Positions 44,460-53,635 of a stretch of 61,059 bases of DNA are shown here, piece by piece (position 1 is the first letter of the stretch; each line of letters starts with the position of its first letter). The notes beneath the pieces were generated by a model. That model was not told the origin of the DNA and did not search any database. It saw only the letters and a list, made by a program, of their open reading frames with translations. The DNA lies in IMG/VR virus record IMGVR_UViG_3300036806_000045, positions 1 to 61,059 of that record; one strand, 5' to 3'. A program made the position numbers and the translations under genes. The stretch comes from a virus. Lineage: Duplodnaviria > Caudoviricetes.

Positions 44460-45400
44460 CCGTACTCGAGGAATTCCAGCAGCGGACCGCCACCCACACC
44501 ACCGGTGAGGTTGCTCTGGCTTACTCCTGCCATCGTAGCGCCGCCGCCGCCGCCATAGCTTGGCGATGTGATGCCTGGGCTGCCGTTCTGTACGAAATTC
44601 GCTGACGCGCCAGGACCATATTCGCTTTCGCCGCCGCCCCCGGTAGACAGCGTAACAGTCGCACTGGGGTAATAGAGCACGCCACCTTCCTTGCCGACGC
44701 GTGCCTTAGCCACGAGGCCAGACGTCGATGTCGGCGTAGCCGTCTGCGCGCCACCCGGGCCCGCCGCTGGCAGCGAGGCGGTCGCGAGAACCCCCGACGA
44801 TGGACCGCCTTTGCCGCCTTTTATGGTGGCAAATACGCCGGCATTCCCCGAAATGGTGAAATCACCACCATCAGTGCCCGCCGCGCCCGTCGCCGCACCC
44901 GCTGCCGCGCCGAGGGTAAATACAAGATGTCCGCTTGTCAGGAGCCCAGTGACCTGTGCAGCAGTCATCCAAAGATCGAGAAATGCGCCACCGCCGCCAT
45001 GGCCGCCCATGCTCACCTGGCTGCCACTGGTTGCAACGGCTCCGCCGCCGCCGCCGCCAGAAGCCTGACACCGAAAGCGGACCAGCTTCATCGTCGCCGA
45101 CGGTACATAGTTATACGCACCCGTCGCGGTGATCAGCGTCGGACCGGTTGAGGACAGAACGCGGCCAAGCAGCAGATATTGCGCCAACTGACTCCAGTTC
45201 GTGTCGTCGAGCGTGCCGCCCATGGCTGTGATCAGGTTGCACAGCTCGTCCTGGATCATGTTCCAAGCATAGGCTGGCCACTGCGTCGCTGGCGTGCTGG
45301 TCGCCGGGTTGCCGTCCGTCGCATATTGTGGCGTGCCTGAGACCGGGGCAGTATCCCGGCTTGCAAAGACGACCGAGTTTGTGGCGCGCAGCCGATTCAT
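44456..45400 (-). CDS. Tail fibre proximal protein (Mu gp49 position) with a glycine-rich domain
   Basis: TDGNP...PAT...WNMIQDELCNLI...QL N-terminus; GGGGGG...GGGG repeats. Confidence 0.8.
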   Translation of the reverse strand: MNRLRATNSVVFASRDTAPVSGTPQYATDGNPATSTPATQWPAYAWNMIQDELCNLITAMGGTLDDTNWSQLAQYLLLGRVLSSTGPTLITATGAYNYVPSATMKLVRFRCQASGGGGGGAVATSGSQVSMGGHGGGGAFLDLWMTAAQVTGLLTSGHLVFTLGAAAGAATGAAGTDGGDFTISGNAGVFATIKGGKGGPSSGVLATASLPAAGPGGAQTATPTSTSGLVAKARVGKEGGVLYYPSATVTLSTGGGGESEYGPGASANFVQNGSPGITSPSYGGGGGATMAGVSQSNLTGGVGGGPLLEFLEYG

Positions 45401-45412
45401 CGCGGCATCCTG

Positions 45413-46297
45413 TCAGGTCACGTTGAGAACGATGTTCGAATCCAGGCTTTCGCCGGCGCCATTGAACGCCGTCACTTTCCAGTCATGCGCGGAGAAGTCA
45501 GCAACATTGACCGGGAGGTGAATTGCAGGCGCGATCGGCGTACTGGTCACATAGGTCCAAGGCAGCGTGCCCGTCGGGCGGCTCCAGATGTAATATCCCC
45601 AGACTTCCGGCGGCATGGCTGGCGCCGTCCACGCCAAGAATGCCGTCAGCACGGGAGGGAACAGACCGACCGTCAGACTTGTCGGCGGTCCGGGCTTATC
45701 GGCGCCAAGTGTGAACAACACGATCGTATGTGCCGGCGCAGCATGCTCGATGCGGCACTGAATTTCGGTCGAGCCCCATGTCGCGAAGAACTGGCCGAAC
45801 GGCTGGCCGAACAGCAGATCCGTGACGAGCAGCCCCGGAATGCTGACCAGCCACGCGAAGGCCCATGCATCGCCGCCGAACGGCTCGCCGAACAATCCGC
45901 CGAAGCGTGATGGCGCATATTGCTGGATCGAAACGCCAGGATAGCCGAGCAGCAGCGCTAGGTGGATGTAGTAGGCTGTCGTCTGGCCACCGCGCGCCGC
46001 CCATTTCGCTCGCACTGCTGCTTGGCGCTGCGAGAAACTGGGGTTAGCCGGGGTGCATGCATCCGGTAGGCCGAGCGACTTTTCCCACTCTGGCAGCAGA
46101 TTGACCGTCAAGGTCGGGTCCATGTCGACCAGGAGTTGCGTCGCAGCGTCCGAACTTCGCGTGTATGTCGGGGACAATGCGCCAAGCATGCGTGCAAGCA
46201 CGCTGGTCAGTTCGCGCTGCCAGACGCGCCCCTGCGGAAGCAGTGCCAGCATCGCACCCTGATAGTCATCGTCGCCGAATTGCGGAGGCGTCGCCAT
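45413..46297 (-). CDS. Baseplate wedge protein (Mu gp48/YmfQ-like) with a C-terminal Fn3-like domain
   Basis: LLPQGRVW...LLPEWEKSLGLPD...PAHT; then PPTSL...WTAP...VTAFNGAGES. Confidence 0.85.
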   Translation of the reverse strand: MATPPQFGDDDYQGAMLALLPQGRVWQRELTSVLARMLGALSPTYTRSSDAATQLLVDMDPTLTVNLLPEWEKSLGLPDACTPANPSFSQRQAAVRAKWAARGGQTTAYYIHLALLLGYPGVSIQQYAPSRFGGLFGEPFGGDAWAFAWLVSIPGLLVTDLLFGQPFGQFFATWGSTEIQCRIEHAAPAHTIVLFTLGADKPGPPTSLTVGLFPPVLTAFLAWTAPAMPPEVWGYYIWSRPTGTLPWTYVTSTPIAPAIHLPVNVADFSAHDWKVTAFNGAGESLDSNIVLNVT

Positions 46298-47424
46298 CAG
46301 GTGAACGTCACGGCGCCCAGAGTGAACAGATGGCCGAGCGCTGGTGTGATTGGCCAGGATGATGGACTGTCAACCGCGAATGGCACCACGCCAGGGACTG
46401 CCGCGATTGCAGCATCAACATCACTTTGCTCAATCGATTGCGTCGCGAGTGGCGAGCCTTTGTTGACTAACATCTGCGCAAGAGCGGCTTCTACGTCAGC
46501 TTGCACGTCGGAACCAACGCCGGAGAGCCCGGATATCGAGAAGGCCTGCGTTGTGGCGATCGGTGCGACGGCATAGACCAGCGCGGTCACCGGCTGGAGC
46601 GGATAGATGTGATTCGCGACAACGAGCTGATCACCGACAGCCGGTGATGTCCGCGTTTCCGCCGTGGCGCCGCCATCGGTGCCTTGCGGGAACCCATTGA
46701 ACGCGGACCGCGCGACGTCTTCCATGAAGTAGACGACAACCGTGCCAGGCCCCATGCCGTTTGGATTGCACCAGGCTCGGGTGACGGCCGGAACCTGGAG
46801 TGACCAGGTGACGTAATCCTGTGCGTCGCCGCCGGCGGGAGGAGCGCCATAGCTTTCCAGCATCCGCGAGCGCAGCGAATCATTGCTCTCCAGATCGGTG
46901 CCGAGCGTGATCGTTGCAGTGATCGAGCCGGCTGAATTGATGCCTGGTATCGTCACGCCAAGGTTGATCGGCGTCCCATTGTCGGTGTTGCCATTGGATC
47001 CGGCGTCTGTCGCGATGACATTGACCGAGGCGGTGCCCCCACCGCTGATCGTCCCATCGTTCTGGACGTTGTACTGGAACCCATCCTGACGCAGCGCTGC
47101 GGTTCCGGCTGGAATGACGCGCGCAGGCGTTCCGGCGAATTCCGCGGTCAGGACGGCCGAAACAGGAGCCAACCGGATGACCGGCGTCGGTGCATAGGAT
47201 GCCCACGCATCCAGGAATTCATCCTCGGACGTGAAAGGCGTGCCCATGCGCGCGATCCAGTCGAGATAGCCGTAGTGCAGATACGCGAGCCCAGCTTGCA
47301 CCCATGCGAGAACCCGGAGAGCGGCAAAGCGAAGGAAGCCGTCAGCGTTGGGCAAATCCGATGCAGTGATGTCCTGCATCGCCTGCGTACGCAGTGTGGT
47401 CAGCGTGGGACGGGAAAACGGCAT
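46297..47424 (-). CDS. Baseplate J / Mu gp47-like protein
   Basis: MPFSRPTL, GTDLESNDSLRSR, PPAGGDAQDYVTW and GPGTVVV. Confidence 0.92.
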   Translation of the reverse strand: MPFSRPTLTTLRTQAMQDITASDLPNADGFLRFAALRVLAWVQAGLAYLHYGYLDWIARMGTPFTSEDEFLDAWASYAPTPVIRLAPVSAVLTAEFAGTPARVIPAGTAALRQDGFQYNVQNDGTISGGGTASVNVIATDAGSNGNTDNGTPINLGVTIPGINSAGSITATITLGTDLESNDSLRSRMLESYGAPPAGGDAQDYVTWSLQVPAVTRAWCNPNGMGPGTVVVYFMEDVARSAFNGFPQGTDGGATAETRTSPAVGDQLVVANHIYPLQPVTALVYAVAPIATTQAFSISGLSGVGSDVQADVEAALAQMLVNKGSPLATQSIEQSDVDAAIAAVPGVVPFAVDSPSSWPITPALGHLFTLGAVTFT

Positions 47425-47427
47425 TCC

Positions 47428-47871
47428 TCACCTTTCCTGCGCCCATGCATAGCGATACACGGAATTGTCGCCGCTCGGTTCCACGATGTAGATCGTCAGC
47501 GCCAGACCGCCCGAACCATAGAATTGTGGTTGCACGGTCACCGATTGCGCCACGCCGTCATCGATCATCCATTGCAGTGCGATCTGTGCGGTGTTGCGCG
47601 CCCAATTCAGCGTGTCGTCATTCCGCACACGCCAAAACGCCTGCCAGAGCTTCGACCCGATCGGCTGGGTTTCGTAGATGTTGGCCCACCAACCACGCGG
47701 ATCCTTCGATATGTCCGGAGGGATCACATCATCAGGCGAAGCGGTCGCGTCGGTGAACAGGCTGATCAGGATTGCCGTTTCGAGATCGTGACCGAGTTCC
47801 AGCGAATGATCGACGATATTGAAGTCCGCCGTCGCAGTTGACGGATCCCAAATCAGGCGAATGTCACCCAT
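47428..47871 (-). CDS. Mu gp46-like baseplate protein
   Basis: LETAILISLFTD, RGWW, IGSKLW and ALQWMIDDGVA. Confidence 0.92.
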   Translation of the reverse strand: MGDIRLIWDPSTATADFNIVDHSLELGHDLETAILISLFTDATASPDDVIPPDISKDPRGWWANIYETQPIGSKLWQAFWRVRNDDTLNWARNTAQIALQWMIDDGVAQSVTVQPQFYGSGGLALTIYIVEPSGDNSVYRYAWAQER

Positions 47872-47874
47872 GCA

Positions 47875-48456
47875 TCACCAGAGAGGAACGGGCACCGAAA
47901 CGTCGCCGCCCTGCGGATCGTGATGGATGTGAATGTCATAGATATTGCTTCGGAAGTATCCGAGGCCGTTTGTGTTCGTGTTGTAGTGATCGAGGATTTC
48001 CCCGCTCACACGGAACAGCGTCACGTCAGCGGTGATGGTAGGCGAATTCTGGATCATGATGTTCTGACCGCCGCCATCGATGACGATGCCGCTGGCGCCC
48101 ATCAATACCGATGTGCCGGTCACCTTGTTGTAAAGAACCGCCTCACCGTTCGCCAAGCCAGTGAAGCGATATTGCTGGTGGTTCGTCGCCACCACCACAC
48201 CGCTCGATCGCTCGCCGTTGCCGAAGATCACGACGTGATCGCCGCCGAGCGGCATCGAGGCGCTGAATCCATAGTGATATAGCACCGGCATCGCATCGCG
48301 GATCGAGAGAGCATCGATCTGGCCCTGGAGGGTCTGGACGGTGCCGCTGTCAACTGGCTGGTTGGTCGATCGCGCGAAAGCTACGCCCATTGCCGTGCGG
48401 CGCTCCAGGCGATCGAGACGTCGTTCCAGCGTGGCGATGCGTGCTGATTCATCCAT
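47875..48456 (-). CDS. Baseplate spike (Mu gp45/gpV-like)
   Basis: HYGFSA, GLANGEAVLY and a C-terminal HxH motif. Confidence 0.88.
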   Translation of the reverse strand: MDESARIATLERRLDRLERRTAMGVAFARSTNQPVDSGTVQTLQGQIDALSIRDAMPVLYHYGFSASMPLGGDHVVIFGNGERSSGVVVATNHQQYRFTGLANGEAVLYNKVTGTSVLMGASGIVIDGGGQNIMIQNSPTITADVTLFRVSGEILDHYNTNTNGLGYFRSNIYDIHIHHDPQGGDVSVPVPLW

Positions 48457-49637
48457 CAGGTTGGCGCCCCGCCGGTTGGATTGCTGGTCTGCGGCTCTGG
48501 CGGGTTCTGTGACTTGGGCGAGCCTTGCGTGAGTTCGCGATCATAGAGATTGAGCGCGACCGGTACCGGGTCGAAGGCGTCCGGTGGCATTAGAACAATA
48601 TCGGCGTGCGTCCCGGACAGGTCTTTGCGGAATACGACGGTGCCGATGATCCACTTTTTCTTGTCGAGCTTCAGCGCGGGCGCATCAACGACCGCCAGTT
48701 GATTTGGCGTCCATAGGTTGCCCTTGCTGTCGCGCCAGGAATCGCAGGACAGAGAAACGGATGAAGACCGTCCGAACCTTCGCGCCCTTTCCCAGTCACC
48801 ACGCTTCTTGCCGAAATCAAAATCAGGAACGATCTGCTCAGACACGATGATCTTTGGCCTATACCTAGGCACCCTCTGATCGGCAACGACATATCGCTGA
48901 TAGCCGGCATTTCCAAGATCGGAGTACGTGTTAACTGCGGTCCACACCACGCAATAGACCGAATATAACTGATCTATAGACATGACAGCCGCAGCGGATT
49001 CTATATTACCCTGTGCATCAGCGGCTGCTGACATGACGAACCCGGATGCCATTTCCTTGGTACCGACGCGATCCAGCACCATCGCACCGTTCTCATCCTC
49101 GTAGACGAGATACCCGGCATAACGCGCTACCCGCTCAATGACTTCGTATGCCGTTTCTCCGGCCATGATTTGAAAGAACGGGATCGGCTGCCCCAGGTCG
49201 GAAACGGCGCTACGGACTTTGATCTTCTCGAATGGCTTGGCGAGCTTAGTGGCAAGGTCCAGCGCATTCGATGCGTTGACCATGCCGTTTCTCAAATCTT
49301 TGGTAGGATTGATCAGATCGACCGAGCAATCCACCAAATCTTCGCAAAGGCCGCGGCCGGTGATCATCACGCTATGCATACGTGGCCCGATGTGCATCTC
49401 GTAGCGATCGACATAGCCGGTGATCACCAAGTCGGAACCGATAAACACCTGACAGAACGCGCCGGGTTGAATCAGGATACGCTTCGCATCGTATGGAAAC
49501 GCCTCGGTGCCCGTGACTGAGAAGCTGTTCGGGAACGCCTCCGCGCTCCGCATGATCTGGATCGACTGCCAGCCCGCATAGCGATTGTTGTCGATGACGA
49601 TCGCCACGTCGTCTGGTGTGGCGGACAGGTCGCTCAC
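48456..49637 (-). CDS. Baseplate hub (Mu gp44/gpP-like)
   Basis: YAGWQSI, LVITGYVD, DLVDCS, GETAYEVIER and GNLWTPN. Confidence 0.9.
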   Translation of the reverse strand: MSDLSATPDDVAIVIDNNRYAGWQSIQIMRSAEAFPNSFSVTGTEAFPYDAKRILIQPGAFCQVFIGSDLVITGYVDRYEMHIGPRMHSVMITGRGLCEDLVDCSVDLINPTKDLRNGMVNASNALDLATKLAKPFEKIKVRSAVSDLGQPIPFFQIMAGETAYEVIERVARYAGYLVYEDENGAMVLDRVGTKEMASGFVMSAAADAQGNIESAAAVMSIDQLYSVYCVVWTAVNTYSDLGNAGYQRYVVADQRVPRYRPKIIVSEQIVPDFDFGKKRGDWERARRFGRSSSVSLSCDSWRDSKGNLWTPNQLAVVDAPALKLDKKKWIIGTVVFRKDLSGTHADIVLMPPDAFDPVPVALNLYDRELTQGSPKSQNPPEPQTSNPTGGAPT

Positions 49638-51001
49638 GCGGCCAATGCCTGAAACACCGGCTTGCAGAACGCCGGATGCGGCGGGTTGGCCTCCTGGGTG
49701 ATCTGGTCGGACCGGCTCGCGTCCCGATACAGCATCTGCGCCATGACAAGGCTCGGCATCGCAGCCCGGAAGCTGGTTGTGATGACCTGCGGCAGTGATG
49801 CGCCACGTTTGGTCAGATCGGCGATCACTGCGGTCCGGAGCGTCTTCAGTGCCGTGTAGCTCTGGTCGTCGCCAGCATCGCCAGCCGCCGTTATTTCCAC
49901 ATCCAACGCGTCCGCCACGACGGTACGGATGTTCACCGCATCCTGGTAGCTGATAGGCTGATAGGCCGCTGAGGCGCGCGCCAGGCTGACCACGACGGCG
50001 CGCCGGCAGGCTGTTGCCACCGTATCCCGGACTGTCGCGATGTTGCCGCCCTCATACGGGCCGGTGAAGGCATCGGTGAAGCTGAACGTCGCAAGCGCGA
50101 GCAGGGAACGGATCTGATCTGCCGGATCGGTCATGGTTGCCCGCATGGCTTCCACCAGCGTGTCCATGGCGGCGGTGACGTTCGCCCCGGTCAAAGTGGT
50201 GAAGGCTTCCGCCGAGGCCGTCAGTGCCGTCCCAGAGGCCGCCACGAGGGTGCGCTGGTTGGCGATCTGAAGTTGTAGGGTTGCCACCGTCGTGCCGATC
50301 GGGAGTGCCGTGGTCGCGTTCCCGCCGCCATAACGGCCATAGGTCGAATTGATGTTCAGCGGCGGCAGCCCGGCCGCCATGCTGACCAACGCCGCCGGGT
50401 CCGTGGCTGCGGTCCCGATCTGCCCCGAGAAGGCCTCGCAGACCGTCACGCCTTCACCGAGCGCATCTGTGCCAGTCGCCGCCGCTGGCCCCGCCACGCC
50501 GCCCAGGTCAGCGCCGAAGGCCGGGCTGCACAGTCCCGCTGCGGCGATCGTCTGGATGATCGTGGCGATGATCGTCGCCGGAAAGAACTGCTGGCCCTGT
50601 TCGATGAACTCGAATCCGACCTCAATCACCCGCATCCGATCCTTGCGGACCGCCGTGCCACACGAGAGCAGGCTGACCTGCACCGCGCCGATCGTCGGAT
50701 GGATCAGCAGTCCTGGGCCCGGCTGTTCGGAGGCGCGGTCCAGCAAGAGCTGCATCAGCGGCGCATCGTCGCCGACCAGATAACCGGTGAACGAATAGGT
50801 CCGCATCGCGCGACCCATGTCCTCGGCCCAGCCGCCATCGCGGAACGGATATTCATGGACCGCCAGGCGCCTGCCTTTGCGTACCTGGGAGCCGATCACC
50901 TTGAACGGCACGCCACGCCAGAAAGCGTTCTGCAGCAGCGACATAAAGCCGGACGCGCTTGTCGGCGGGGCGAAGCCCGTGATGTTCTGGAAGCCGCTCA
51001 T
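49634..51001 (-). CDS. Mu N-like DNA circularization protein
   Basis: AFWRGVPF, GRRLAVHEYPFRD...EDMGR, GLLIHPTIG and HPAF. Confidence 0.9.
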   Translation of the reverse strand: MSGFQNITGFAPPTSASGFMSLLQNAFWRGVPFKVIGSQVRKGRRLAVHEYPFRDGGWAEDMGRAMRTYSFTGYLVGDDAPLMQLLLDRASEQPGPGLLIHPTIGAVQVSLLSCGTAVRKDRMRVIEVGFEFIEQGQQFFPATIIATIIQTIAAAGLCSPAFGADLGGVAGPAAATGTDALGEGVTVCEAFSGQIGTAATDPAALVSMAAGLPPLNINSTYGRYGGGNATTALPIGTTVATLQLQIANQRTLVAASGTALTASAEAFTTLTGANVTAAMDTLVEAMRATMTDPADQIRSLLALATFSFTDAFTGPYEGGNIATVRDTVATACRRAVVVSLARASAAYQPISYQDAVNIRTVVADALDVEITAAGDAGDDQSYTALKTLRTAVIADLTKRGASLPQVITTSFRAAMPSLVMAQMLYRDASRSDQITQEANPPHPAFCKPVFQALAA

Positions 51002-52719
51002 CAGTGAACGCTCGGCATCGGTGTTTCAATCCGCGGCGGGGCTGCCGACACGGGCCCGGTTGTCGTCACGGCCGCCGTCGTGCCCGCTGGCGCGCCGTGC
51101 AGATGCACGTCGACCTGGACGTGCCCGCTCTGCAAGCCGGCGACACGGCCGGCATTGGCAACGTGTCCGGGTAACTGCGATTGCAACCCCGGGTCGTTGC
51201 CTGATTCGAAGGGGAAGAACGCCGCCGCTGCCGAAGTCGGATCACGCGCCGATCGCACCGCATTCAGCGTATCGGGATGCGCCCGGATGTCTTCCACCAG
51301 ATAGTCGTAATTCGTCTGCGGATCAGCGATGTCGCGGTGATGTGCTGCGGCCCACTGCTCGAACGCGATGCGACGCGATCCGGTCCATTGCGCCCATCCG
51401 AAACCGCCGCGCGTGCCAGGGGCCGGGTTGCGTTCGTTTATCCCCTCCATCGTGCCGCCCTCGGCGAGCAGATTACTCACGATTCCGGAGGATTGATCGC
51501 GGGTCAGATTGAGATCACGAGCGAGGCGATCACGAACCGAAGCCGCGCTTTCGTCTTGCTCCTGCGTGGTGTGCTGGATTGGTGCCGCTCTGGCCGCTGG
51601 CGCGCGCTGCGGATACGCTCCGCCGCCCGGCATCATCCACGAATAGTCGTCCGGCCCGCTATGGACGACATCGCCCGGCAGCGTGACCGTATCAGGAAAA
51701 CTCGCCCCCACGCCGCCGATCAGACCGCCGATCGGCCCCGCGACCTTGCTGCCGGCCCAATACCCAAGCAGGAACTTCACGACCTGCGGATGACGGTCAA
51801 CCCAATCGCCTACCTTGCCCACCCATTCGAGCAATCCGCTGGCCACAACCTCGCGGTTCGCAGCGGCCCAGGCCGCCATCTTCTCAGCGATCTTCGTCGC
51901 CATTGGCGCCAACTTATCAGCGATCGCCGTGGCAATTCCGCCAACCGCCGTTTCGAGATCGACGAACGACTGCCGCATTTCGTCGGCGCGCTTCGCCATA
52001 TCCTTATCGATCACGCCACCGAACTTCTGCGCGTCCTCGGTCAGTTTCTTGATACCGGCGCTGCCCTGCCGCATCAACGGCAGCAGGTCCTCCGGCAGTC
52101 CCAGAACCTGCAATGCGCGCACCTGCTGGTGCGGGTCCTTCATCGCCGCGATGTGGTCCGCCAACTCGCCAAACGCAGTCGCGGTGTCCTTCACATGGCC
52201 CGGCGTTCCGGGATCAATGTTCAACGACCGGAGCGTCTGCATCGCACCGGCGTCACGGCCCCAAGCCGCCGCCGACAATGTGTCCTGCAGGGTCCGCATC
52301 CCGGTATCAAGCGACGTCGCGCTCGATCCCGCTTTCCGAGCCGCGAACTCCATCGCGCTCAGCTTGTCGACCGGCGTGTTCAGCCGATACGCCGTATTCT
52401 GCACAGTTGTGCCAAGCTGCGCGAACCGCTGTGTCAGCGCGATCACACCGCCGACTGTTGCAGCGCCGGTTATGGCGGTGAGTGATGGCGCCACGCGCTC
52501 CAGCGCGCGGAACGTCTCCTGACCACTACGCGCGAGATTGCCGAAACCTTCTGCCAGCCGGTTGATGCCGGTCACATCGCCGAACTTACCGAGCGATTTG
52601 CTCAGCTTCTCGGCAGGCGCCGACATCGACTGGATTTTCTTATTCACACCATCGATGGTTTTCGATGCCGCATCGACGGCACTGATGGTGACCGAGAAAC
52701 CGCCAACCCTACCGGACAC
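51001..52719 (-). CDS. Tape measure protein with a C-terminal phage-tail lysozyme domain
   Basis: ISAVDAAS start, helical Ala-rich body; GIVSNLLAEGG...GWAQWTGSRR. Confidence 0.85.
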   Translation of the reverse strand: MSGRVGGFSVTISAVDAASKTIDGVNKKIQSMSAPAEKLSKSLGKFGDVTGINRLAEGFGNLARSGQETFRALERVAPSLTAITGAATVGGVIALTQRFAQLGTTVQNTAYRLNTPVDKLSAMEFAARKAGSSATSLDTGMRTLQDTLSAAAWGRDAGAMQTLRSLNIDPGTPGHVKDTATAFGELADHIAAMKDPHQQVRALQVLGLPEDLLPLMRQGSAGIKKLTEDAQKFGGVIDKDMAKRADEMRQSFVDLETAVGGIATAIADKLAPMATKIAEKMAAWAAANREVVASGLLEWVGKVGDWVDRHPQVVKFLLGYWAGSKVAGPIGGLIGGVGASFPDTVTLPGDVVHSGPDDYSWMMPGGGAYPQRAPAARAAPIQHTTQEQDESAASVRDRLARDLNLTRDQSSGIVSNLLAEGGTMEGINERNPAPGTRGGFGWAQWTGSRRIAFEQWAAAHHRDIADPQTNYDYLVEDIRAHPDTLNAVRSARDPTSAAAAFFPFESGNDPGLQSQLPGHVANAGRVAGLQSGHVQVDVHLHGAPAGTTAAVTTTGPVSAAPPRIETPMPSVH

Positions 52720-52936
52720 GTTCTTTCTCCATCACGGTCGGGATCAGATGGTGCCAGCGGATCAATTCATCGACAGGAAGCGCCAGAGCCCAGGACAGGC
52801 CGTCGCCATAAAACCGGCCAAGCTTTGCCGCGATGATGCGGAGTTCGTCACCGGACGAAACCAGGACGGTATTCGGTACCCTCAGTTGCCGGACGCGGCG
52901 GCCTCGCGACGCTGCTGATACCATTGTTCCAAAGGG
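52709..52936 (-). CDS. Frameshift extension (gpGT-like) of the tail assembly chaperone
   Basis: Open -1 frame after the C CCT TTG heptamer at 52930-52936; ends ...LPVDELIRWH... Confidence 0.55.
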   Translation of the reverse strand, partial: PFGTMVSAASRGRRVRQLRVPNTVLVSSGDELRIIAAKLGRFYGDGLSWALALPVDELIRWHHLIPTVMEKERVR

Positions 52937-53223
52937 TCCGGTGCGGGCGCTCCTGCGAACGCATCCATGTAGCCTGACATCTGCTCGATCAGCCAAGTCG
53001 GCAGCAGGATGATCGCCTCGTAAGGAATGCCCTCGGCGCTTACGATGCCGATCAGGCGGCAGGTTGCTTCAAGGTTGGTAGCCGAGCGAACCGCGGTCGC
53101 CTTCAGCGTCTCGGCGACGGTTGGCGAGCGCAATGTGATCGCCGGGTACGTGGCGCCGGCGAATTCCACCGGCTTCTGCAGCGTCCACGTCATCGAATCA
53201 GGCGGAGCAATCCAGTCCGTCAT
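52882..53223 (-). CDS. Tail assembly chaperone
   Basis: TLQKPV...ITLRSPTV motif; lies between tube and tape measure. Confidence 0.8.
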   Translation of the reverse strand: MTDWIAPPDSMTWTLQKPVEFAGATYPAITLRSPTVAETLKATAVRSATNLEATCRLIGIVSAEGIPYEAIILLPTWLIEQMSGYMDAFAGAPAPDPLEQWYQQRREAAASGN

Positions 53224-53627
53224 ACGCCACCCATCTCCTGCACGGTGCCTGTCGCACCCTCGAACCGGAAATCGAACGTCGCGTCGGTGCCGGATACGTC
53301 AGGCTGTCCGACGTACCACATGTTATGGCCGACGATCTGCTTCCCGTTGGCGAGCTGCACAACAAGTGTTGCGTTCGTCAACCCAAGGAAACCCGTCACA
53401 TTCACTGTCTGCGCGTCGCGGAATTTGCCCGATATGTGCCCGGCGATCGGGTTCTCACTGAACCCGTCGACCCCGGAGAGGCTCGTCAGCGTGGCGCGCT
53501 GAACAACGCCAGGGCTCCACGCGAATTCGGTGACATTGAACGTCGACCCGTTCACCGTGAAGCTGGTAATGCCGGATAGCCGACGATTTGTCGGCGTACT
53601 CGGCGCAAGCTGGTTTGTGCCGCTCAT
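53220..53627 (-). CDS. Tail tube protein (Mu-like)
   Basis: GVDGFSE, QLANGK and RFEG; directly after the sheath. Confidence 0.85.
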   Translation of the reverse strand: MSGTNQLAPSTPTNRRLSGITSFTVNGSTFNVTEFAWSPGVVQRATLTSLSGVDGFSENPIAGHISGKFRDAQTVNVTGFLGLTNATLVVQLANGKQIVGHNMWYVGQPDVSGTDATFDFRFEGATGTVQEMGGV

Positions 53628-53635
53628 TTACCGCC

